Source: Hypanus sabinus
Taxonomy: Eukaryota
Direction of reading: 5' to 3'
Length of the DNA stretch: 64,000 nucleotides
Assembly (NCBI RefSeq): GCF_030144855.1
Contig: NC_082714.1
Coordinates: forward strand, 36,394,001 to 36,458,000
Position 1 is the stretch's first letter. Each line of letters starts with the position of its first letter. Positions 12,357 through 25,060 of the stretch are shown here, piece after piece. The notes under the pieces were generated by a model, which saw only the letters and a list, made by a program, of their open reading frames with translations, ran no database searches and was not told where the DNA came from. A program made the position numbers and the translations under genes.

Positions 12357-15300
12357 TGTAGTACTGGGAAGCAACGTCACTGTGAATAACACACACAAGA
12401 GACAGAGGGGTGAGGAACAATCATGCTGCTGTTTATCTCACCCAGAATCCCCTCTCTCATTACGTTCAGTGCATAACACACAGGAATGCTTGACAGGAAC
12501 CCTTATGGTTCATAATATACATGAATACATAAGATATCCCTCTTCCCTTTTTCGGTGATCTCTCCCCTCCCCATACACACACCAGCTGTTGAACTATTAA
12601 CATTCAATGAAGTAATCATCAAATTCAACCAAATAAAAGCATTTGTTTTCTAAACTGAAGGAAGAGACTATATTGCCTTTATTTCCAGATATAACCCTAG
12701 GGATTATTCTTCCCTGTGTGCTAAGGATTAGTCACTAAACTAGAGATTCAATCTGCCTGGAGACTGCTTGTTCCTGTAAGGGTTCTAATGACCTGGGAAT
12801 GAAGCCAAAGTCATTTTGTTTCTTGGTGGTATATGTATTTATCTTGGCTTGAGTACTGCATTGACAGTAGGGGACACATCGGAAAGCACAGGTGATGGGG
12901 GACCACCAGCTATGCCATTTGATCTTAACGGAGATTCTGTGGTCGAATCGTCATCTCAGAATCCTGTCCCATTCCTACAACTGGATCTGGTTGGTCAGTT
13001 TATGCTGATTTCCATAGCCTCAGAAGTGGCCAACAGCTGATTAATATGCCTTCTCCAGATGTTGTGGTTACTAGTTTCCACTGTGTACGACACAGGACCA
13101 GTTTGTGTCACCAACATCACAGGTGTCTACTTTGGTCCAGAAATGTAGATTGAGCAACTATTCTCAATCCTGCTGTGAAACTTCTGTACTGCGCTTTGGC
13201 ACATCTCTCTGCTTAGGTTTTCTGTTCATTGAGAGTCTGTTTTGTGTTTGGGGGTCTAAGCAGGACAAGCCAGCTGTGGAGCTGTCTTTTCATCTGTGCA
13301 GTAGCTGGAGCTATTTTGGTTGCAGGTTGAGGTGTGTTGTGGTATGTCAGCAAGAAAGTGCCAAGACACTGGTTGAGGGATCCACATCCCACTGAAGTCT
13401 TGAGGGCTTATTTCGTTGTTTCTATGAATTGTTCAGCAAGACCATCAGTTGCTGGATGATATGGTGCTCAGTTGATGTGCATTTGCTTATATTATTTGCT
13501 GCCATGTATCCCTTGAACTCTTTAGACAGCAGTGTGAGCCATTGTCAACTACAAGCTGTTGAGGAAGCCCAAGATGGCTAAAGTTGGAATGTAGCTCCTC
13601 AATGCATTTTTGACATGTCGTGCTCTTCATGACAGCAAACTCGGGCCACTTGCTGTGTGCATCCACTATGACCAAGAACATGTGGCCTTCTATAGGTCCG
13701 GCAGACTCTATGTGAATCCTCTGCCATTGGTTCTTCAGGCCATTTCCATGGATGCAAAGGAGCAAATTGAAAAACATTAATTTAGCCTTCGCTTCAGTGG
13801 CTATGTCTGGTCCTGACTCCAGAAGTAGCTGCGTGTGACTTTTTTTCATGCACGCTATGTCACAGTGTCTTGCATTATCAATGGTGGAAGAACGACAACA
13901 CAGTAGCCCCATTGTAAACATCCTGCTTGGACTGTCAGCTCCTTCCATCAAGCCTAGTAAGGTTTCAATTCTGTGGTGGCTCTCCTTTCCGTTCGAGAGT
14001 TACCCTGTCCACCTCTTTAGATGGACCAGGGGTCAGTATGTGGGTCCTTCTGGACTTGTGCCTCAGTTATCAGAGCCGTCGTTACTTCCTTGAAGTAAAA
14101 GATCTCTTGAGGATGGCTCTGGAGCGGTGACAGCTAAGAGAAAGTCTGGACAATTCATCAGCATCTAAAAGATGCTCAGACTTTCTATACTTTATATCAT
14201 ACTGATGGGCAGATCATAACAGCATGTTGCATTCAGCTAACAGCTAGGGAGAGGATGCCTGCATGTGGACCAAAGACTGATGTCAGTTGGACGATGATCT
14301 GCCAGTAGTATAAATTGTCAACCAAAGAGAAATTGATGGAGTTTCTTAACTCTTAAAATCAATGGTGAGTGCTCTCCGCTCAGTCTGGGCCTAGTGGCTT
14401 TCTGCCTTGCTCAATGCTCTCGATGCAAAAGCGATTGCTTGCTCTTCACCTGATGGCATGATGTGAGCGATAACCGTGGCTACACCATAGGATGATGCGT
14501 CACAGGGAAACTGTATGGAAAGTGCTGGTTGAAGTGTGTGAGCGCTTTAGGTTGTGACCAAGCTGTTTTGGCCTTTTTAAAAGCCTTTTCACAGCGATCT
14601 GGCAGTGGACAGCCCATGAAGTGGCTTCAACAAGCTAGCCAGGCTAAGAACAAACATTGCATAGTACACTGGTCCCCAACCACCGGGCCACAGACCAATA
14701 CCAGGCTGTGAGGAAACAATATGATTTGGTGATATGAATTGATATGAGTCAGCTGCACCTTTCCTCATTCCCCGTCACGTCCACTGTTGAACTTTAACCC
14801 ATGTGAGGTCATCAGTCACCTAAACGCAGTGATACCATCGCGCCAGGGATTACTGGTTGGCCTCGGGTAATCAGCTGCCTCGTGCGGCCGGCAAGAAGTG
14901 CCTTTGCTACTGGCCTGGAGCGTGGACAGATGGGGGCCGCCTCTAAACCTGTTTAGCACACCGAATGTTCAGGGGAACCCGGTGCTAAAATATTCACAGA
15001 CTACCTAATTCAGGCTCAGGGTTTTGTAAGTAGCAGAGCAGCTACCTTGCTGCAATCTACTGAAAGTCATCCCTCAGCCGATAGATCCTACCCACCTACA
15101 AGGGGGGCAGGAGCGCGCCCTGTCTCCGGACTGCGATCGCTACGGCCCTGGTACAGGGACCTCCGGCCCTTACTTTGCCCTCGCACTCCACCCATGGCCA
15201 GCCGCACCCGGCCAAGTCATCTGGCGGTGGGTGGGCAGGAGGCTGGAGTTCGGGCCGGGAGGCTGTCTAATGAGGCAATGAAGCCCTCAAAACTGCTTTG

Positions 15301-16850
15301 GCACCTTGAGTCCAAGCACCCTGCACTTAAAGACAAACCCACTGAGTTTTTTCAGTTGAAGAAAACTCGAGCAAGCGGGACAGAAGCAAGTCCTGATAGC
15401 CATGAAAACTAAATTGCAGAACAGACTGGACATAAGGAACCCTCTTCGAGTATCGCTGTATTCCGGTCGTGTTTAACACTACCCCCCCCCCCCCAGCCCC
15501 CCGTCGGCCGGTCCTCAAGAATGTTGTCAATAATAAAGCAGTCCATGGTGCAAAAAAGGTTGGTAACCCCTGGCATAACATGTTAATAGTCCTAAGAAAG
15601 ATCTTAATTGGCCTATATTCTGTGGTAATGGAGCCCCCACAATTGTCTTCAGCTTTAATGGTGCCTTGTGAAGCCCTGAGCTGTCGATCACATGGCCTAA
15701 ATATTCAATTGAAGGTTGAAAGAACTCACACTTGTCCTTCTGGACCTTTAGACCATATTCCTTGAGACTTTGAACTGTAACATCCAAGTTTTCCCAGTCA
15801 TCCGAATAGCACTGCATCCATCAACCCGCTCGGGATCTTCCATTGCTTGCTGAAAAAGTGTGGGAGCCGAGGGGATGCCAAAGGGAAACCTCCGGGATCT
15901 GAAAGTGCCTTTGTGAGTCACTATGATTAACAGTACTGTGACTCTAGCTCCACAAGCAACTGCAAGTGCACTTGGCACAAGTCAATCTTACTAAATGTCT
16001 GTCCCCCAGTCAATCGGGCAAAGAAGTCATCAATGAGGGTAAGAGGGAATTGCTTGCCATGGTTAACTTGATGTCCTCACAAACCCTTAAGGACCCATCG
16101 CTTTTTAGGATAGGAACCACTGGAGTTGATCAATTGCTTACGCACACTGGTTCCAGTACCTTACACTGGACCGGTCGTTCCAATTCAGCCTCTACCTTTG
16201 GTTTGAAGCCATACAGAACTGATCTTGCTGTCAGGCGTTCGGGTGCCATGTCAGGTTTGACAGCCAGCTTAACAGTGGTTCCTTTTATACTGCCCAATTC
16301 TCCATTGAATACTTCTGTAGACCAGTGCTCCCACCAATCCAGCGCACTTTGGGGTAGTTGAGTTCGAGCTGCTCCAACCTTGGGCGTTCCCGAAGCACTG
16401 GATAACTACTTTCAACAATACGCAGTGCAAGTTTCTTTCTCTGCTTGTTAATCTGCACTGACACATGTACTACTCCCCTCACTGGAAAAACCTCACCAGT
16501 GTAAATCCTTAAAGTTAACCTTGCCCCTTCTGTGGTAAGTTGCTGCAATTTCTCTTTCTCAACTGTCTCTGACACCAGCACCAGTGTCCACCTGCGTTCT
16601 CACTGTGATCCCATACGACAGCAGAATCACTCATAGCCATCTTTGTGTCCTGAAACAGATAAAATACACTAAGCTTCATCAACCATACAGTAAGAGTCAC
16701 TCAGTCCATCCTCAGTATGCTCCATCTTGTTCATATGTTTCTGTTTGTTCTTCCAAGCCATTTTTCTTTATTACAGTGTTTTTGGTTGACAGTGTATTTT
16801 TACTTTTAAATATGCTTTAGCAATCACAATCCTTATACCAGCATTCGTTT
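12357..16850 (-). mobile_element. Degenerate Gypsy (Mag/K02A2.6-like) retrotransposon: PR-RT-RH-IN, possible 3' LTR ~12357-12535
   Basis: Protease region 16285-16620; RT PFGIPSAPTLFQ and CEFFQPSIEYLGH; integrase LVIVDAHSKWPE; TGPVSYTV; pol end PGRLNL* near 12745; purine tract at ~12537-12552. Confidence 0.85.
14667..15572 (+). mobile_element. Internally deleted hAT (Buster/Charlie-type) DNA transposon
   Basis: TIRs CACTGGTCCCCAACC / GGTTGGTAACCCCTG; 8-bp TSD gcaTAgta / gcaTAaca; transposase remnant LSNEAMKPSKLLWHLESKHPALKDKPTEFF. Confidence 0.9.
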
Positions 16851-16872
16851 GCTGACTGCCCAATTTTGCCAA

Positions 16873-17286
16873 AACTGGGCGGTCAGAACTGGCTTGCCCA
16901 TGGAAGGCAAAGAGTGGTTGTTGATGGGTCATATTCTGCAAGGAGTGCTTCAGGGATCTGTTCTGGGACCCCTACTCTTCGTGATTTTTATAAATGACCT
17001 GGATGAGGAAGTGGAGGGATGGATTAGTAAGTTTGCTGATGACACAAATGTTGTGGGTGTTGTGGATAGCGTGGAGGGCTGTCAGAGGTTACAACAGGAC
17101 TTTGATAGAATGCAAGCTGAGCTGAGAAGTGGCAGATGGAGTTCAATCCAGATACATGTGAGGGGTTTCATTTTGGTAGGTCAAATATGATGGGAGAATA
17201 TAGCATTAATGTTAAGATTCTTGGCAGTGTGGAGGATCAGAGGGATCTTGGGGTCTGAGACAATAGGACACTCAAAGCCGCTATGC
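16873..17286 (+). mobile_element. CR1 RT fragment, cut by a Gypsy LTR
   Basis: [32 protein letters not shown]. Confidence 0.9.
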
Positions 17287-17639
17287 TGTTACAAGGACGT
17301 GGCAGGAAGAACGAACCCAAGTGCAGGACTCTCACATGGAGGCAGAATCTCCATAGCGAGCGCAGAATTGAGACCAGGCTGAGTCAGGACTAGGGAGACT
17401 TGGTTTACAGAGAGATACGGGGTTGAAGATTTGGAGCAAGGTTCCTCTCTTTCTGAGAGTCGACCAACAATCTGGCAAGGGCTGACCGGAGCTGTCGGGG
17501 TCTTATCCTCCGGTGGCTAATGGAAACCATGTGCTGGTGATTGAGAGGAATTGGGAAAGATTGGGAATCAAGTGTGGGGATTAAGGACCAATTAGGGAGG
17601 AAAGGGAAAACTTGGGAAATGCCAGCCAGGACCATGACA
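17287..17639 (-). repeat. 3' LTR of the sushi-like Gypsy element (353 bp)
   Basis: TG...CA ends; polypurine tract GAGGAGGGGGTAC immediately upstream on the minus strand (17640-17652). Confidence 0.85.
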
Positions 17640-20528
17640 GTACCCCCTCCTCAAAGGGAGCCTCCCGGCGACTTTCCCGGCTTGTCGGGTTGGTCCCGAT
17701 AAAAGTCCTGGATGAGGGAAGGGTCCAGGATAAAGGAGCGGGGAACCCAGGAACGTTCTTCTGGCCCATACCCTTCCCGATCCACCAAGTACTGGAACCC
17801 TTTGCCCCTTCGGCGCACATCCAATAGTCGTCAGATGGTGAAGACTGGATGGTTATCAATGATTCGGGCTGGTGGGGGAGGATCGGGCGGTGGACACAAG
17901 GGGCTGGCTGAGACTGGTTTAACTTGGGAAACATGGAAGGTAGGGTGGATGCGTAGGGAACTTGGTATCTTCAGTCGGACCGCTGTAGGATTGATAACCC
18001 GTTTGACCCTGAATGGCCCTAGGAAGCGAGGAGCAAGTTTTCTATGCTCATTCTTGAGCAGAATGTCTTTGGAGGACAGCCATACCAACTGCCCAGGTTG
18101 GTACTCGGTGCCGGGGTCCGGTGTCGGTCGGCTGTCTCCTTGTCGCGATCTGTTGAACAGGCTAGGGCCGCGCGTGTCTCCTCCCAAATGCGGCACCAGT
18201 CGATATGATCGCGGATGGATGGTACAGCAATCTCTGCTTCCTGCGCAGGAAACAACGGGGGCTGGTACCCCAGTGAGCACTCGAATGGGGATTTTCCTAT
18301 GGCTGAACTCACGAGGGAGTTGTGGGCATACTTGACCCACGGGAGTTGTTCGCTCCAGGTGGCTGTGTTGTTTTCGGTCACACAACGCAACATCGCTTCC
18401 AGGTCCTGGTTGATCCGTTCCATCTGTCCATTAGTCTGGGGATGGAAGCCAGATGATAGGCTGACTGATGCACCCAAGGCTCGGCAGAATGCTCTCCACA
18501 CCTTGGAGACGAACTGGGGACCTCGGTCCGAGTCAATGTCGGTGGGGATTCCGTGGAGGCGAAAGACGTGGTGGACAAGGAGATCAGCGGTCTCTTGGGC
18601 CGAGGGGAGTTTAGGTAGGCCTACAAAATGCACAGCCTTAGAAAACCACAGTAAGAATGGTCGTATTTCCGCGGGATTTGGGCAGACCCGTAACGAAGTC
18701 CAGGGCGATGTGCGATCATGGGCAGCCAGGAACAAGCAGGGGGCATAGCAATCCCGCAGGCGGCCGATGCGAGGCCTTTCCCCGGGCACAAGTGGGGCAT
18801 GCCGCGACGTAGGAGCGGGTGTCTGCCTCCATGGAGGGTCACCAAAAATGTCTTCTCAGGATTACTTCCGGGGTGGCAGGCAAATCGAGACTCATGCCCC
18901 CACTGGAGGACCTGAGATCGGACGCGTTTGGGCACGTAGAGGTGGTCGTTGGGTCCCTTACCTGGGTCCGGGTCATCTTGTTGGGCTTCCTTTACCACGG
19001 ACTGGATCTCCCAGGTGAGGGAAGCCACCACACAGGACCGGGGGTGGGGGGATGATCGTTTCTGGACTGGAGGTGTCCTCCCTGGGGTCATATTGGCGGG
19101 AGAGTGCATCCGGCTTTCCCTTCTTGGACCCTGGACGGTAAGTGATGGTAAACTTGAATCGCCCAGAGAATAATGCCCAGCGGACCTGGCAGGAATTCAG
19201 GCACTTGGCGGTTTGAATGTATGCCAGGTTCTTGTGATCTGTCCAGACGACGAATGGGTGCTCTGCCCCCTCTAGCCAGTGCCTCCATTCTTCCAACGCC
19301 AGTTTGACCGCCAATAATTCTTGATTTCCCACGTCATAATTCCGTTCCGCGGGGGCAGTCGGCGGTAAAAGAAGGCACAGGCGTGAACCTTTTGGTCCGT
19401 ACCCGACCGTTGGGACAGGACTGCTCCTACCCCTGAATCTGAAGCGTCCACCTCCACGATGAATTGTCGGGACGGGTCCGGGTGGATCGGGATGGGGGAG
19501 GCGGTGAAGCGTCTCTTTAAGTTAGTGAATGCTGCTTCTGCTTCAGCGTCCCAAGAAAAGGGTGTGGAGGGCGAGGTAAGCCGGGTGAGGGGGGCGGCCA
19601 CCCGACTGGTCCCTGATAAAACGGCGGTAGAAGTTCGCGAACCCCAGGAACCGTTGGAGTTGCTTGCGGGTCGAGGGCCTAGGCCATTCCTCCACCGCAC
19701 GGATCTTCTCGGGTCCGCTCTCACCTGCCCGTCTTCGATGATGTATCCTAGGAAGCTGACCGAAGGGACATGAAACTCACATTTCTCCGCCTTCACAAAC
19801 AGTTGGTTTTCCCACCGCCTGAAGGACTCTACGGACATGACGAACACGTTCTTGCAGGCTGCGGGAAAAAATCAGAATGACGTCTGGATAGACGAACACG
19901 AAACGGTTAATGAAGTCCCTTAACACATCGTTGATGAAGGCCTGGAAAATGGCGGGGGCATTCGTAAGGCCAAACAGCATTACCAGATATTCAAAATGGC
20001 CCAGAGGGGTGTTAAAGACTGTCTTCCACTTATCCCCTTCTCGTATCCTAATGAGGTGGTAGGCATTCCGTAGGTCCAGCTTGGAAAAGATGGTCATTCC
20101 GTGTAGCGGGTCGAAGGCTGAACTAATGAGAGGTAAGGGATACTTGTTCTTAATGGTGATATTGTTCAAGCCTCGATAGTCGATGCAGGGGCGACGCGAT
20201 CCATCTTTCTCCTCCACAAAGAAGAACCCGGCGGCCACGGGGGAGGAAGAGGGCCCGATGAGGCCCGCTGTGAGGGACTCGCCCAGGTATTTCTCCATGG
20301 CCTCCCTTTTTGGTCGCGATAAATTATAGAGGTAACTGGCGGGCAGCGGGGCCCCAGGGAGGAGGTCGATGGCACAGTCATAAGGTCGGTGCGGAGGCAG
20401 GGCAAGTGCTCGTTGTTTGCTGAACACCTGTCCCAGGTTGTGGTATTCAGCAGGTACCTGGGAGAGGTCAGGGTCTTCGGAGACTGGCGGAGCTCCCCTG
20501 GGAGGTGGGGCCAGTCCAGGGAGTCTCT

Positions 20529-20658
20529 TGAAACAGTCCATCAATCAAAGGGTTGTAAAAACCTGAGATTCTGTCAGGTTGCAACTGCAAGGTGGAGACA
20601 ATTATCGTGTTACATGCTTTTTTTTGTCTTAAGAGTAATTGCCACTTGGGTAGTGTCA
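20529..20658 (+). repeat. Direct copy of 21214-21345 inserted into Gypsy pol
   Basis: Near-identical 130/132-bp sequences; the non-Gypsy AT-rich block interrupts the PR-RT linker. Confidence 0.9.
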
Positions 20659-22062
20659 TGCCGTACTCCACCTGGCTATCCTCCCGGCGGTCCAGTCTAT
20701 CTGGGGATTGTAGTGAACCAGCCATGGGTATCCTAGTACCACCAGGGCTCGAGGCGAGTGGATTAGATTGAATCTAACCTTCTCTTGGTGGCTACCGGAC
20801 AGGACTAGTGTTAAGGGCAGAGTGCGGTGGGTTACCCGAGCCAGCGGCCTACCGTCCAGACCCCGGGCCTCCACGGGGGTGGTGGGTGGTTCTCGAGGGA
20901 TTCCGGCCCGGGTGGCTACGTCTTCATCCATCAGATTCCCCTCAGCACCGGATTCTATCAAGGTTGGCAAGGACAGGGACTGTTGGTTGTAGGTTACCGT
21001 AGCTGGTATCTACATCTGGGTTTGGGGAACTGAAGGGAGTGTCTTCTGATTCACCAGAACCGTTGGAGTGGGGGCAACACAAGGAGTGGACGGGGAAGAG
21101 AGGCTGACTGAATATGGTAAGGTGGGCCATAGGATGCTCCGAGGACTCTGGTCTTCTCTCTCTCAAAGTTCTCATTATTTTGTAGTTAGAGATGGGCTAC
21201 TCAGGTTGAATCATGAAACAGTCCATCAATCAAAGGGTTGTAAAGATCTGAGATTCTGTCAGGTTGCCACTGCAAGGTGGAGACAATTATCGTGTTACAT
21301 GCTTTTTTTTTTGTCCTAAGAGTAATTGCCACTTGGATAGTGTCACTCTACACATTCTGTGCCATAGTTAACTCTTTGCTCAGTGGTGGCCCCAAAAAGC
21401 CACTCAAAATAAAAAGTCAGTCTGTTGAACTGGCAACTTCTAGTGATTTTGTTTAAAACTTCACACTATAGTAAGACAGAAGAATGAGTAAATTGCAGTA
21501 ACTCTGATTTCTAAGTTGAGATCCAGATATTTTTGTCATATTAAGGGCATTAGTTGATTTAGAGCAAAAAAAATAAATACATGGAGTCCTGATGAAGCTG
21601 GCTGTGATCAAACAGAACGTCAGAATCAATCCAAGAGCTGACCGCTACTCTCATGAGCTCCTGACTTGCTTGTCAAAGCCTAAAATTGATTGAGTGACAA
21701 TGGATTTACTGACTCTTCCAGAGGAACACGTGTGACTAGTCAGTCCATTGAGCCTATTCTCTCTTCTGGTTGAGTCATGATAGATCAAAACCTCAACTTC
21801 ATCCTCAGTTAAAGAAAAAACAAAGTTTCAGAAGAAAACGGACTTAAAACTGTCAACCGTATGGTGAAAACTTTGAAATACCAATTCTATAGCAACAACT
21901 TGTTGAGGAGGAAAAGAGAATTCAAAAGACATCCATTTTGCGGATTATTAGTTGTAGTCAATGAGCACAAGCAAAATAAAGCCAGTGTCATAAACGTCTC
22001 AGCAACCATTCTACAACAATTTCTCTGGCACTGGGCTAAGGAAGGGGAAATTCAATTAGGTG

Positions 22063-25060
22063 TCAGAGAACTGTATAGTGTAGAAACATGCCTTTTGACC
22101 CACCACATCTATGCTAACCATCATATCTATCTGCATTAATTCCACATCCCTCTCTGCCCTGCCTATTCAAGTACAAGGCCAGGTGACTCCATCACCTCCT
22201 CTAGCAGCTCTTTCTAGATACCGTGTGTAAAACCTCACTCAGATCTCTTTAAGACTCCCTCCCCTTACCAATGCCACCATAGGAAATGACTCCAACTATC
22301 TAATCTATGTCTTTCAGTTTTATATGCCCCTGTCGTGTCACATTTCAGCATCTTTTGTTCCAGGGTAAACAACCTCAGTCTATCTAATCCCTTTTTATAA
22401 CTCAAGCCCTCCAATCCAGGGACACCGCTGCTGTGAATCTTTACAGCACGCTCTCTTGGTTCATCCCATTCTGCCTTTTTTTTTAAATAAACTTTTTTTT
22501 ATTGTATTTCAAGTAGTTGCAAAATAAAGTATGGAAAAAAAATATTACCCACCCCCCCTCCCTTAACCCCTCCCCCCTAGCATCCCTATAGAGAAAAAAA
22601 AGAGAAAGAAAGAAAGAAAAAAAAGAAAGAAAGAGTGCCCGGATATTGGAAGATCCCCACATGCTCCATGGAGTTCGTAATAACTTTAGTATATATATTT
22701 ATTTATTTCCCCAAATAACCAATTATTTCATCTTCAGAGCATCTATATATTTAATCCTGTCTTTTGTAAATAAGGGCACCAAATTTTCAAAAATGTTTCA
22801 TATTTATCTCTTAAATTATAAGTAATTTTTTCAAGTGGAATACAGCTATAAATTTCTTTCTTCCAATGATCTATACTTAAATATGTATCCGATTTCCAAG
22901 TAACTGCAAAAGCCTTTTTGGCTACTGCCAATGCAATTTTTATAAATTCTTTCTGATATTTATTAAATTTGGGTATCGGTTTTATCCCTTCAATATCACC
23001 TAGTAAAAATAATATTGGATTATGTGGAAGTTGTATTCCAATAATTTGTTCCAATAAAACTCTTAAATTTGTCCAAAAAGGTTGAATTTTAGAACAAGAC
23101 CAAGTAGAATGTAAAAAAGTACCAATTTCTTGGTTACATCGGAAACATTGATCAGATAAATTTGGGTTTAATTTATTTATTTTTTGTGGTATAATATATA
23201 ATTGATGTAAAAAGTTATATTGCACTAATCTTAACCGGACATTTATTGTATTTGTCATACTATCAAGACATAGTCTTGACCAATTTTTTTCTTCAATTTT
23301 AATATTCAAGTCACTTTCCCATTTTTGTCTTGACTTATGGACTCCTTGTTTAATTGCCTGTTTTTGAATCAAATTATACATACAAGAAATGAATTTTTTA
23401 ATCTTTCCTTTTCGAATTAAAGTTTCTATTTCATTAGATTTCGGCAATAACATTGTTTGACCTGATTTTTCTCTTAAATAAGCCCTTAGTTGAAAGTAAC
23501 AAAAAGTACCAATCACTACCAATACAAATACCCCATAAGTTTTTTCAAGAGTTAAATAAATATGTGAGGAAGTTTCTTTGGAAAGGTAAGATGTCAAGAA
23601 TATCATTGGAAAAATTGACATGGAAATTTGATCTAGGAGGGTTACAACTTCCAAATTTTAAGAATTATTATAATGCAAATCAACTTAGATTTATTGCATC
23701 TTTTTTTGAGAAAGACAAACCGGCATGGATTAGAATAGAACTAGATAAAATAGGAGAAAATATACCAGAAGGTTTTATATATAAATGGGAATCTAAATGG
23801 ATATGGGAAAAGAAAGAATCTCCTATATTAAAACATTTGATTGACTTATGGAATAAGATAAATGTTGAGGACGAGATAAAGAAATCCTTATTAGCAAAGA
23901 GATCTTTAATTCAAAATAGACTTATTCCTTTTACAATGGATAATCAACTTTTATATAATTGGTTTCAAAAAGGGATTAGATATATAGGTGATTGTTTTGA
24001 AGGAGGTATATTAATGTCATTTGATCAATTAAAGAATAAATATAAAGTATCAAACAACACCCATTCTACCTTTAGTGTGGCAAACAAAACAACACACAGT
24101 ACATCAACTGTAAGCTGAACAATGTTTTGTACAGTTATATAACATGACTTGCCAACTCCTGTACTGAATGCCTTGGCCAAAGAAGGCAAGTATTCCATGA
24201 CACCTTCCTGAACACCTCGTTACTACTTTCAGAGAACTTACACCCAAGGGCTATCGGTCAACAACTTGCCTTAGTGCCCTGCTGTTCACTCTGGATGTCC
24301 TGCACTGGTTTAACTTGCCAAAATGCATCACTTTGCATCTGTTCAAGTTAAATTCTGTTAAACATTTGCCCAGTTGATTTATATCCTTAGATCACCTTCT
24401 TCACTATACCACCAATTTTAGCGGCCCCTGTAAACTTACTATTCATGCACCTACCTTTTTCTCCACAACATAATAAACATGAAAGACAAACAAAAGTACC
24501 CAGCACCAAAGGGCTGGTCATAGGCCTTCAATCTTAAAACAACCCTCCAACACCACCTTCTACCATGTACCACCAAGATAATTCTGTATTCAATCAACTA
24601 GCTCACCCTGGATCCAATGTATTTGAACATTTTAACCAGCCTATTATGCGAGACTTTGTCTAAGACCTTGTTGTAGTTTAGGTAAACAACATCTACTGAC
24701 TTACCCTCATCGATCCTCTTGGATTTAATTAATTTTATGTGATAGGATTTCCCAGACGCAAAGCCATGCTGACTACCACTAATCAGTTCTGCCTTTCCAA
24801 ATGCAAGTAAACCCTTTCTTTCAGAAGCCTTACAGTAACCGTTCCTGCATCTGAATCAAGGCTCACCTGTCTTGAGCCCCCTGGCTTATCCCTGCTGTGT
24901 TTCTTAAATAAATACAGAATATTGGGTATGCTTCATTCTTCTGATTGCTTACCTGTGATTAACAAAAGTCTTTGCCAGGGTCCCAGTTTCCTCTTTTGAT
25001 TCCCAGAATTTCCTAGGATACCCCTGGTTAGGCCATAGGGATTTTTTCACCTTTATGCAT
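22063..25060 (-). mobile_element. Old degenerate CR1, interrupted by an L1 at 22476-24059
   Basis: CR1-like 3' UTR at 22063; RT-like sequence (gtaaacaacatctactg, aaagccatgctgact) at 24600-25060. Confidence 0.65.
22476..24059 (-). mobile_element. L1-clade LINE, 5'-truncated with twin-priming inversion (23509-24059 inverted)
   Basis: Poly(T) tail; minus ORF with CFRC...H...C zinc knuckle; plus-strand ORF FLWKGK...GGLQLPN; 14-bp TSD cccattctgccttt (22465-22478) / cccattctaccttt (24060-24073). Confidence 0.93.

Larger units (their letters stand above)
17287..21150 (-). mobile_element. Chromoviral (sushi-like) Gypsy retrotransposon, 5'-truncated and frameshifted
   Basis: PR LIESGAEGN; [26 protein letters not shown]; [20 protein letters not shown]; [19 protein letters not shown]; GPF motif; chromodomain [23 protein letters not shown] near 17730-17810. 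Confidence 0.93.

Noticed and set aside
15260-15360. ZBED5/SCAND3-like host gene exon
   Set aside because: Lies between hAT TIRs with a TSD; it is a transposase remnant.
17660-21000. Domesticated PEG10/RTL-like gene
   Set aside because: Frameshifts, mutated catalytic motifs (ESG, YPDV), and retained LTR and PPT mark it as a dead retrotransposon.
17581-21175. Many overlapping plus-strand and alternate-frame ORFs
   Set aside because: Shadow ORFs of GC-rich Gypsy pol with no independent motifs.
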